Source: Chthoniobacteraceae bacterium
GTDB lineage: Bacteria; Verrucomicrobiota; Verrucomicrobiia; Chthoniobacterales; Chthoniobacteraceae
Length of the DNA: 21,723 nucleotides
Assembly (NCBI GenBank): GCA_040081625.1
Contig: JBEBGD010000093.1
Location: 1-21,723 of the forward strand
Reading direction: 5' to 3'
In this document: positions 1 through 7,571 of the stretch, piece after piece
Position numbering within the stretch: the first letter of the stretch is position 1
How the letters are laid out: the number at the start of each line of letters is the position of its first letter
The notes under the pieces: generated by a model
The model's input: the letters and a program-made list of their open reading frames with translations, nothing else
Database searches by the model: none
What the model was told of the DNA's origin: nothing
Program-made: the position numbers and the translations under genes

Positions 1-9
1 AGTATATAT

Positions 10-1917
10 TCAACGACGGGGCGGGGGCGCCCCGGCTCCTTGCAGCACGCAGCGGAAGCCGTGGCTGTTGCCGCGATCGCCGCTCCCCGGGACCGTGCGG
101 AGGGACGACCTCAGACCTGAGTAGGTATCCCAGCCACCGCCACGCTGGAGCCGTGCCGTCTGCGCGGCATCACACCACTCCTCACACCATTCCCACACGT
201 TGCCCGCGAGATCGTAAAGGCCCAGGCGATTCGGCGGGAAACTCCCCACCGGGGCCGTCGCCACGAACTCGTCCCGATAGCCGGTCAGGGGTTTCTGATT
301 CACGTTGATCTCCCTGCCCGCCGTCTCTTCGCCGGTGAAATTGCCCGCGCCCGCAGGCGGGGGCCACCCGCTGCCCCACGGAAACACATCCCCCAGCTTG
401 TTGTGCTTCTCCCAAGGCGGCAGCGCCGGATTCTCACGCTCGCCGATTCCCACCGCGCAGCTCCACTCGTGATCGCTCGGCAGCCGGTAGCGCTCGGTCG
501 GCGCGAGCTTGCCCGCCTTGCGTTCCCGCTCCGTCAGCCATCCACAAAACGCCACCGCATCGTCCCAGCTCATCAGCACCACGGGATGCGCAGGCTCTTG
601 CACAAAGGACGGCTTCGGCCACTCGCGCTGGGCCTCGCTGGCAAACACCTCGTAGTCCTGCACCCGCGTCTCCCACACGCTGAAGAGCACACGCGCGCCG
701 TCGGTCGGCCCGCCGGTGATCGGCACGGGGACGAACTTCATGCCGAGGGTGTTTGCGAAGGGGGCGTCCTTGGTGGCGGCTTGTAGGGCAAGCGCTTCGC
801 TTGCCTCGTGTTGCTGCGGCGAGTCTCCGACTGGCAAGCGGGGCGCTTGCCCTACAGGCGACCACACCAACCATCCGCCCACCGCGAGCACGACCACGGC
901 AACGCCGATGAGCAGCGGCGCTTTCCTCCGACGCGGCGGCTTCGGCGGTGCGACGGGGATCGGCCCGGTTCGCACGCGCTCGAGGTCCGCGCGCAGGGCC
1001 GCGGCGCTCGGGTAGCGATGGTCGCGGTCGGCTTGCATGGCCTTGTCCACGATCGCGTCGAAGCGCGGGTCGAGCCCGGCGACGGTCGTCGAAGGGTGCG
1101 CGAACCGGCCGCGCGGGACGGTGCCGGTGAGCATGGCGTAAAGCATCACCCCCACCGCGTAGAGGTCGGCGCGCTGGTCCACCTTCGCGGAGGAAGTCAT
1201 CGCCTCGGGCGCCATGAATTCGGGCGTGCCCATGACGAGGTCCGTGCGGGTGAAGCCGGCGCTCTCGTGCGTGGTGACTTTCGCGAGGCCGAAGTCGGCG
1301 ACCTTCACCCGGCCGTGCTTATCGACCATGATGTTCGCGGGCTTGATGTCGCGGTGCAGGATGCCGCTGTCGTGCGCGAAGCCGAGCGCATCGCACACGT
1401 GCGTGGTGATGGCGAGCGCGCGCTCCGGCGGCAGCGGGCCTCGCGCGATGAGTTGCTGCACATCGGTGCCCTCGATGAATTCCATCACGAAGTAGAGCAG
1501 CCCGGTAGCCTGCCCTGAGCCTGCCGAAGGTGCCGTCTCGCCGGTGTCGAAGACTGAGACGATGCCGGGGTGGCTGAGCCGCGCCATGGCCTTGGCCTCG
1601 ATCTTGAAACGCTCGGCGTAGTGGACGTCGTGCTCGTCGGCGATGCCGGACGGGAGGATCTTGATCGCGACGAAGCGGTCGAGGCTGCGCTGCACGCCTT
1701 TATAGACGGCGCCCATTCCACCGAGGCCGAGCAACTCGATGACTTCGTATTGCGGCAGCGCGCGCTGGAGTCCCTCAACGGTCGGCGGCACCCATCGGAG
1801 TCCGCTGCGCGTGGACGCCGGCGTTTCTCCCGTCGGAGCTGCCCGAGCGAAAAGCTCGCCGGCGTTCGCTTCGCCGAACTCCGTGGGAAGTTGGAATTCC
1901 GATGAGTCGTCGGGCAT
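10..1917 (-). CDS. Hanks-type Ser/Thr protein kinase with one TM helix and a C-terminal FGE-sulfatase (SUMF1-like) domain, about 635 aa
   Basis: Intact kinase motifs GLGGMGAVY, VAIK, HRDIKPAN, DFGLA, GTPEFMAPE; basic stretch then TM LLIGVAVVVLAVGGWLVW; FGE motifs RLPSDHEW, NRLGLYDLAGNVWEWC, RGGGW, GFRCV. Start placed at ATG 1917 (MPDDSSEF); the upstream part of the 781-aa ORF overlaps the divergent gene. Confidence 0.92.
   Translation of the reverse strand: MPDDSSEFQLPTEFGEANAGELFARAAPTGETPASTRSGLRWVPPTVEGLQRALPQYEVIELLGLGGMGAVYKGVQRSLDRFVAIKILPSGIADEHDVHYAERFKIEAKAMARLSHPGIVSVFDTGETAPSAGSGQATGLLYFVMEFIEGTDVQQLIARGPLPPERALAITTHVCDALGFAHDSGILHRDIKPANIMVDKHGRVKVADFGLAKVTTHESAGFTRTDLVMGTPEFMAPEAMTSSAKVDQRADLYAVGVMLYAMLTGTVPRGRFAHPSTTVAGLDPRFDAIVDKAMQADRDHRYPSAAALRADLERVRTGPIPVAPPKPPRRRKAPLLIGVAVVVLAVGGWLVWSPVGQAPRLPVGDSPQQHEASEALALQAATKDAPFANTLGMKFVPVPITGGPTDGARVLFSVWETRVQDYEVFASEAQREWPKPSFVQEPAHPVVLMSWDDAVAFCGWLTERERKAGKLAPTERYRLPSDHEWSCAVGIGERENPALPPWEKHNKLGDVFPWGSGWPPPAGAGNFTGEETAGREINVNQKPLTGYRDEFVATAPVGSFPPNRLGLYDLAGNVWEWCEEWCDAAQTARLQRGGGWDTYSGLRSSLRTVPGSGDRGNSHGFRCVLQGAGAPPPRR
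782..856. repeat. GTAG-family REP doublet (REPIN-like) inserted in frame in the kinase gene
   Basis: 783-805 reads GTAG-GGCAAGCG-CTT-CGCTTGCC; the inverted copy at 833-855 reads GTAG-GGCAAGCG-CCC-CGCTTGCC on the minus strand; 27-bp spacer; 75 bp including the flanking T/A. Confidence 0.85.
1507..1530 (-). repeat. 24-bp repeat-like insertion (CCTTCGGCAGGCTCAGGGCAGGCT) encoding PSAGSGQA inside the kinase domain
   Basis: Extra 8 residues between DTGETA and TGLLYFVMEF, where such kinases normally have a short turn; internal direct repeat AGCCTGCC x2 on the + strand; resembles, from memory, the dispersed CTTCGACAGGCTCAG repeat family. Confidence 0.6.
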
Positions 1918-2023
1918 CGGAGCGGGTGCTTGGCAGGGCGGCGCGCGGAAGTCAATATGACCGTCGGAACTGCGCGCGGATTCGGCATTGTCCATCGCGC
2001 GCGGATTGGGCAAGGGTCCGTCC
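1918..2023. promoter_or_regulatory. Divergent promoter region; two candidate sigma70-like, near-leaderless promoters
   Basis: Minus strand: TTGACT(1955-1950)-17 bp-CAAGCA-9 bp-ATG. Plus strand: TTGTCC(1988-1993)-17 bp-CAAGGG-7 bp-GTG. Both -10 boxes are non-consensus. Confidence 0.35.
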
Positions 2024-3055
2024 GTGAAGTTCGCCCGACTCATTCCACTGCTCATCGCGCCGTCGTTGCTCCTCGCGGGCAGCGCGGATGAGGACTGGAA
2101 TGCACTCATCGCGCTCGACGCCGGCCCGCAGCGACGCCCCGGAAGTCCCTCGGAGATCGGACCGATCATGATCGAGCATCTCGGGAAGCAGGAGCGCGCG
2201 CTGCGCGGATTCCTGCGCGCGCATTCGCAGGATCCGCACGCCTTCGAGGCAAAGCTGCGCCTCGCGCGCGCCCTCCAGCTCAAGGCCGACGTGCAGGACG
2301 CCCGCATCGATTCGCCCGAGGTCGAGGCGCTGCTCGCCGACGCCGAGCGCACCACGCGGCCCGAGCAGCGCGCCGAAGTTCGCTTCGCCCGCGTGAGCTA
2401 CATGATGCGCCGCCTCCGCACGCCCGACGCCAAGCAACGCCAGCACCTCTACGATCTCGCGAAAAGTTTCCAGGCCTCATTCCCCGACGATCGCCGTCTC
2501 GCCGCGCTTCTCACCGAAGTCGCGACGCGATTCGATCACGAGCCGAAGCGCAAGCGCGCGCTGCTCGTCGATGCGCAACTGGTTGCTCGCGACGAGGAGC
2601 TCAAGGCGCGCATCGCCGACGATCTCAAGCGCCTCGACCTGCTCGGCGAGCCGATCGCGCTGCGCTTCCAGGCGCCGGACGGCGACGCCTTCGATGTCGC
2701 CACACATCGCGGGAAAGTGGTCGTGCTCATCTTCTTCGCCGCGTGGTCGCAGCCATCCATCGATGCGCTTGCGACGATCGAGAAGGCGCTGCCGAAGTTG
2801 CCCGCGGACCATGTGCAGCTCTTCGGCGTGAGCCTCGACAACAAGCGCGAGCCGCTCGAGGCCCTTGCGATCGAGCGCAAGATCACCTGGCCGGTCATCT
2901 GCGACGGCCGCGCATGGGAAAGCCCACTCGTGCGCGGCTTGGGCATCAACACGGTGCCGACGGTCTGGCTGCTCGATCGCGAAGGCCGGTTGCGCTCCCT
3001 CGACGGACTCGAAGGCTTGATCAGCCAGGTGCGCGAACTTCTCCCCGCGCGCTGA
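2024..3055 (+). CDS. Exported TlpA/redoxin-family thioredoxin-fold protein with helical N-terminal region; active site SxxS
   Basis: Signal-peptide-like start (V/M)KFARLIPLLIAPSLLLAGSA; C-terminal RGKVVVLIFFAAWSQPS, GVSLD, GINTVPTVWLLDREGRLR are typical TlpA motifs. GTG start at 2024 is inferred. Confidence 0.85.
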   Translation: MKFARLIPLLIAPSLLLAGSADEDWNALIALDAGPQRRPGSPSEIGPIMIEHLGKQERALRGFLRAHSQDPHAFEAKLRLARALQLKADVQDARIDSPEVEALLADAERTTRPEQRAEVRFARVSYMMRRLRTPDAKQRQHLYDLAKSFQASFPDDRRLAALLTEVATRFDHEPKRKRALLVDAQLVARDEELKARIADDLKRLDLLGEPIALRFQAPDGDAFDVATHRGKVVVLIFFAAWSQPSIDALATIEKALPKLPADHVQLFGVSLDNKREPLEALAIERKITWPVICDGRAWESPLVRGLGINTVPTVWLLDREGRLRSLDGLEGLISQVRELLPAR

Positions 3056-3900
3056 TGCTCATCCGCGTCGCCGAGCCGCACCCCATCCTCGCCGGGCGAG
3101 TCGCCGCGACGTTGCGCGAGCAAGGCCACGAGCCAATCACCGAGCTGCACGAGATCGATTCGTCGGATTACATCCACGACGAATCCGATCTGCTCGACGC
3201 GAGCGAACTGGCCGACGCGAAAGCCGCGTTGATCGAAGACGGCATCTTCGCGCCGCGCGAATGGACCGAAGCCGACCTGCGCGCCGCGACGAAATACGGC
3301 TGGGCCATCGCACACGCCGCGCTCAACACGCGGCCCGGAATCAACGTGTGGTCGGTCGCCGAAGGCGGCACCGCCACGACAGAACACGAACTGCGCTTCA
3401 TCGCCGCCGAACTTCGGCGACGCGCGATCGCCGTGACGCACATCGCGCCGTGCTGGCCTGTCGCGATCGAGCCCGCACTCGATCTCGGCGAACTCAGCGA
3501 CGCCTTCATCCGCGCGCTCGCCCGCTACGAGTCGGCTGGAGTCGGGCTGTTCATCCCGAACGCCGCCGGCAAATCCATCGTGGCGGGACCGGACGCGCTG
3601 CTCGACTTCGCGAACATCGGCTGGCTCGAAGCCGCCCGATCGCTCGCAGTCGCGGACGCGGCGCTCTTCCGCCGCGTGCTCGCCTGCGCGCAGGAGCACT
3701 TCGCGTTCGACAAGCCACGCGCCGGGATTTCGACGAGCGAAGACGACATTCACGCGCTGCCCGACGTGCCGGACGCGGACCTCGAGCGCACCTTCCTCGA
3801 CGACTTTCGCGGCAGGCAATTGCTCCACGTGACGGCGCGCTCAATCTTCGCCGACGAAGCGCTGTGCGGCCCTCTCGCGGCATTTCTCGCCGCAGGATGA
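3055..3900 (+). CDS. Truncated, divergent UxaE (tagaturonate/fructuronate epimerase)-like protein, 281 aa
   Basis: ATG overlaps the previous stop (TGATG). Collinear UxaE-like segments: EIDSSDYI, AATKYGWAIAH, FIAAELRRR, IAP, WLEAARSLA..D.ALFR, LDDFRGRQLLHVT..SI. Recognised from memory of the family. Confidence 0.7.
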   Translation: MLIRVAEPHPILAGRVAATLREQGHEPITELHEIDSSDYIHDESDLLDASELADAKAALIEDGIFAPREWTEADLRAATKYGWAIAHAALNTRPGINVWSVAEGGTATTEHELRFIAAELRRRAIAVTHIAPCWPVAIEPALDLGELSDAFIRALARYESAGVGLFIPNAAGKSIVAGPDALLDFANIGWLEAARSLAVADAALFRRVLACAQEHFAFDKPRAGISTSEDDIHALPDVPDADLERTFLDDFRGRQLLHVTARSIFADEALCGPLAAFLAAG

Positions 3901-5324
3901 AGCACGTCGCCCCTGGATTTCTCGTCGCGCTCGCGCTCGGTCTTACGCTGCTCTGGCCCGGCGACGCGACGTGGCTTTCCGATGAGCCGCGGCTGATCGC
4001 CGAGGCGTGGCACGCGAACCACGATCACGAACTGGCGCGCGGCGGCTTGTGGGGAAATTTCGGTATCCGCTACGGGCCGCTGCCGACTTGGATCTATCAG
4101 GTGCTGCTGCTGTTCACGCACGACCCGGTGACGCTGCTCGCACTCCGAGCGCTGCTCTGCGCAGGAGCGACGGCCGCCGGATTGCTTTGGCTCGGGCGGG
4201 AGTTGCGGCTGCCGGCGTGGTTCGTCGCGGCGATCCTCGCGGGACCGTTCGTCGTGCAGTTTCACCGGGTGTTGTGGGATGCGAGTTTCGCCGTGCCGCT
4301 CGGCGCGCTCACGCTCGCGGCGTTCGCGCACTTTCTCCGCACCGCCTCGGGCAGAACGCTCGCGCTTACGATCGCCGGGACCTTCCTGCTGCCGACGATC
4401 CATCCGCAATCGCTGCCGCTCGCGTTGCCGCTGCTCGGCTGGCTCGCATGGAAACAGCGCCCTGCATTGCACCGCCACTGGAAGCCGCTCGGCGCGCTCG
4501 TGCTCGTGCTGCTCGCCACGCATGCACGATGGATGGCCGAGGCCGTGTTTGGCTTCGCTCACAACATCGCCGGCACCGTCAGCCACGGGTATCCCGATGG
4601 CAGTTCGCGTTTGATCTGCATGCTCGCGCCGTTGCTTGGTGGCAATTTCATCGGCGGGTTGGGCAGCGTCGCGCAGGTGCCGTCGGGCGCGCTTCGCGCC
4701 ATGTCGCTCGGGCTCGCGATCGTGTATCCGCTCGCGTGGTTCGGCAGCTTCGTCGCCGCACGACGCTGTCGCGGGGATTCGCCGCGAGCGATCGTCGGCG
4801 CGGTCGCGCTGGCCGGACTGGCGGTGCAGGCGGTGCTTTTCGGGCTGATGCGCATCCCATCGGGGCCCCAGTATTTCTTCGGCACGTTTGCGCTGCACGC
4901 TTTCCTCGTGTGGCTCGCCGTGGATGCGCTTGGGCGGCGTGGCGCGATCTGCGGCGCGGTGTTTGGCGTGTCCGCGGCACTCGTCACGATCGGCATGGCG
5001 CTGACCATTCACCAGCGCGGCTACGATCCGGCGCTCGACTGGCCGACGTTGAAAAGCCAGGTCGCGGTCGCACGGGCACTCAACAGTTTCACCGACGCGA
5101 CTGCGGGCACGGACGTCGCGGTCATTCAGCGGCACCCGCAGATGCTCCGCACGCTGCGCCTTCTGCTGCCGCCGGATCAACCGCAGCGCGAGAGCGGACG
5201 AATCTTCATCACTCGAGCCCGGGCCGACGCTGCAGAGATCGAGCTGCATGAATCGTCGGCGCCCAAAGGCACACTCATCGACATCACTCCCCTGCCAAAA
5301 GGCTGGCAGCCGGCGGGTTGGTGA
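3897..5324 (+). CDS. Polytopic membrane protein, probable GT-C (ArnT/PMT-like) glycosyltransferase, 475 aa
   Basis: ATGA overlap with the previous stop; first TM followed by WLSDE acidic pair and YGPLPTWIY; many hydrophobic segments and a short soluble C-terminal tail. Confidence 0.65.
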   Translation: MKHVAPGFLVALALGLTLLWPGDATWLSDEPRLIAEAWHANHDHELARGGLWGNFGIRYGPLPTWIYQVLLLFTHDPVTLLALRALLCAGATAAGLLWLGRELRLPAWFVAAILAGPFVVQFHRVLWDASFAVPLGALTLAAFAHFLRTASGRTLALTIAGTFLLPTIHPQSLPLALPLLGWLAWKQRPALHRHWKPLGALVLVLLATHARWMAEAVFGFAHNIAGTVSHGYPDGSSRLICMLAPLLGGNFIGGLGSVAQVPSGALRAMSLGLAIVYPLAWFGSFVAARRCRGDSPRAIVGAVALAGLAVQAVLFGLMRIPSGPQYFFGTFALHAFLVWLAVDALGRRGAICGAVFGVSAALVTIGMALTIHQRGYDPALDWPTLKSQVAVARALNSFTDATAGTDVAVIQRHPQMLRTLRLLLPPDQPQRESGRIFITRARADAAEIELHESSAPKGTLIDITPLPKGWQPAGW

Positions 5325-5337
5325 CTAGCCTCGCGCG
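5303..5337 (+). promoter_or_regulatory. Candidate leaderless promoter for serS
   Basis: CTGGCA(5303-5308)-17 bp-TAGCCT(5326-5331)-6 bp-ATG(5338); no Shine-Dalgarno sequence. Confidence 0.45.
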
Positions 5338-6609
5338 ATGCTCGACATCCGGCTCATCCGCGACAAACCCGATTACGTGAAGGAACGCCTCGCCACGCGC
5401 GACCCCGCGCTGGCATCGGTCGTGGACGAGATCCTCGATTGCGACCGCAAGCGCCGGACGAGCGACACGCGCTTTCAGCACCTCCAGGCTGACCGCAAAC
5501 GCATCTCGAAAGAGATCGGAATCAAGCGCGGCAAAGGCGAGGACACGTCGGCGATCGAGGCACAGGTGCGCGCGATGGGCGACGATATCGCGCATCTCGA
5601 GGATGAGGCGAAGCAGCTCGAAGCCGGCCAGCGCGTGCTGCTGCTGAATGTGCCGAACCTCCCGCACGACGCCTGCCCGCATGGCACGAGCGCGGAGGAA
5701 AACCCGGTCGTTCGGACGTGGGGCGGAAAGCCGGCGTTCGATTTCGCGCCGAAGTCGCACATCGAGCTGGGCGAAACGCTCGGCCTGTTCAGCTTCGATC
5801 GCGCGACGAAGATCGCTGGCTCGGGCTTCGTCTGCTACACGGGCGCCGGCGCGCGGCTGGAGCGGACGCTCATCAATTTCCTGCTCGACCTGCAGACGCA
5901 GCAGCACGGCTACACCGAGGTGCTCCCGCCATTCCTCGTGCGGCCCGATGCACTCGTGGGCACGACGCAGCTCCCGAAGTTCGAGGAGCAGCTCTACCGC
6001 TGCGATCGCGATGAGCTTTACCTCGCGCCGACTGCCGAGGTGCCGGTGACGAATCTGCACCGCGAGGAGATCGTGTCGCTCGATGCGCTGCCGATCCGCT
6101 ACGCGGCTTACACGCCGTGCTTCCGCCGCGAGGCCGGCGCCGCGGGCTTGGGCACGCGCGGGCTCATTCGCATCCATCAGTTCGACAAGGTCGAGCTGGT
6201 GAAGATCACGACGCCGGAGAATTCATTCGCCGAGCTCGAGTCGCTCACCGCGGATGCGGAGAAGGTGCTGCAAATCCTCGGGCTCCACTATCGCGTGATC
6301 GAGCTTTGCACGGGCGACGTGGGCTTCGGCTCGGCGAAGACTTACGACATCGAAGTGTGGGCGCCGGGCCAGGGCGCGTATCTCGAAGTGTCGAGCTGCT
6401 CGAATTTCACCGACTACCAGGCGCGCCGGATGAACCTGCGATTCAAATCCGCGGACGGGAAGAACATCTTTTGCCACACGCTCAATGGCTCCGGCACCGC
6501 GCTGCCGCGGCTCTACGTGGCGCTGCTCGAGACGTATCAACAAGCCGACGGCAGCATCGCGCTGCCCGAACCGCTCCGCCGATATTTCGGCGCGGAGCGC
6601 ATCGGCTGA
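5338..6609 (+). CDS. serS: Seryl-tRNA synthetase
   Basis: MLDIRLIR start, N-terminal coiled coil, LAPTAEVP, CFRREAG, GLIRIHQFDKVE, EVSSCSNFTDYQARR, HTLNGSG. Confidence 0.98.
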   Translation: MLDIRLIRDKPDYVKERLATRDPALASVVDEILDCDRKRRTSDTRFQHLQADRKRISKEIGIKRGKGEDTSAIEAQVRAMGDDIAHLEDEAKQLEAGQRVLLLNVPNLPHDACPHGTSAEENPVVRTWGGKPAFDFAPKSHIELGETLGLFSFDRATKIAGSGFVCYTGAGARLERTLINFLLDLQTQQHGYTEVLPPFLVRPDALVGTTQLPKFEEQLYRCDRDELYLAPTAEVPVTNLHREEIVSLDALPIRYAAYTPCFRREAGAAGLGTRGLIRIHQFDKVELVKITTPENSFAELESLTADAEKVLQILGLHYRVIELCTGDVGFGSAKTYDIEVWAPGQGAYLEVSSCSNFTDYQARRMNLRFKSADGKNIFCHTLNGSGTALPRLYVALLETYQQADGSIALPEPLRRYFGAERIG

Positions 6610-7571
6610 TGGCTCGCAAGACGCGCCATGCGGCAGTCGGGGAAGCGGTCGCGACGATGCCGCGGCTGCGGCAGGATCAAACTGCGCTCGTCGCGGTGTC
6701 CGGCGGGCGTGACTCGGTGGCGCTGCTGCATGCGCTGGTCGGCGCGGGTTACCGGCAGCTCGTCGTCTGCCATCTCGACCACGCGCTGCGACCAGACAGC
6801 GATGCGGACGCTTGGTTCGTGGCCGATCTCGCGGATCGCTACGAACTGCCGTTCGAGGCCGACCGCGTCCCGGTGCTGGAGATCGCGGAGGAGCGGAAGC
6901 TCTCGATCGAGGCCGCAGGCCGCGCTGCGCGCTACGAGTTTTTCTCGCAGGTCGCAAACGCGCTGTGGTGTCCGCGGGTGATCCTCGCGCATCACGCCGA
7001 CGATCAGGTCGAGACGATGCTGCTGAACCTTTTCCGCGGCAGCGGGCGCGGAGGCCTCGCGGCGATGCAGCCGCACAGCGTTCGCGAAGTATGTGGCAAG
7101 CGGCTCGAGCTGCACCGTCCGCTGCTCGGCGTGTGGCGCGACGAGATCGCCGCCTACGCGAAGGCGAATCGGCTCGAGTATCGAGAGGATGCGTCCAACG
7201 ACGACCGTCGTTTCGCGCGTAACCGTGTGCGCCACGACTTGCTGCCGGCGCTCGCGACTACCTTCGGGCGGGAGATCAAACGAGCGCTGCTGCGAACCGC
7301 GACAGTCTTCGGTGACGAGGAGGACTACCTCGGCTCGCGGACTCCGCACGCAATGCCCGGGCCGCTCGCAGTCGCCGAAGTAAAGGTGCTGCCGGTCGCG
7401 CTGCAGAGGCGGATGATCTTCGCATGGCTCGAGTCCAACACGATCGCGGATGTGGGTTTCGACGACGTTGAAAACGTGCGGAGGCTGACGACCGCGCTCA
7501 GGCCGGCCAAGGTGAACCTCGCCGGCGATCGCCACGTGCGACGCACGGCGGGGAAGCTACACATCGCCTGA
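6609..7571 (+). CDS. tilS: tRNA(Ile)-lysidine synthetase, short form (about 320 aa)
   Basis: PP-loop AVSGGRDS, AHHADDQVET, RPLL, EDASN, RNRVRH; ATG overlaps the serS stop (TGATG). Confidence 0.95.
   Translation: MARKTRHAAVGEAVATMPRLRQDQTALVAVSGGRDSVALLHALVGAGYRQLVVCHLDHALRPDSDADAWFVADLADRYELPFEADRVPVLEIAEERKLSIEAAGRAARYEFFSQVANALWCPRVILAHHADDQVETMLLNLFRGSGRGGLAAMQPHSVREVCGKRLELHRPLLGVWRDEIAAYAKANRLEYREDASNDDRRFARNRVRHDLLPALATTFGREIKRALLRTATVFGDEEDYLGSRTPHAMPGPLAVAEVKVLPVALQRRMIFAWLESNTIADVGFDDVENVRRLTTALRPAKVNLAGDRHVRRTAGKLHIA

Noticed and set aside
10..760. FGE/CLec-fold domain as a diversity-generating retroelement target
   Set aside because: No template repeat or reverse transcriptase was seen in this window; sequence left of the window cannot be assessed.
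1918..2355. 146-aa N-terminal extension of the kinase ORF
   Set aside because: Overlaps the divergent TlpA-like gene and looks non-coding; similar spurious extensions were trimmed from tilS, dxr, cdsA, tsf and the 2743 and 3261 ORFs.
2744..2758. Selenocysteine or recoding at the TlpA active site
   Set aside because: The codons are TCG and TCC; there is no in-frame TGA.
6609..7571. tilS as a truncated pseudogene
   Set aside because: All catalytic motifs are present and short TilS forms lacking the distal C-terminal domain are known.
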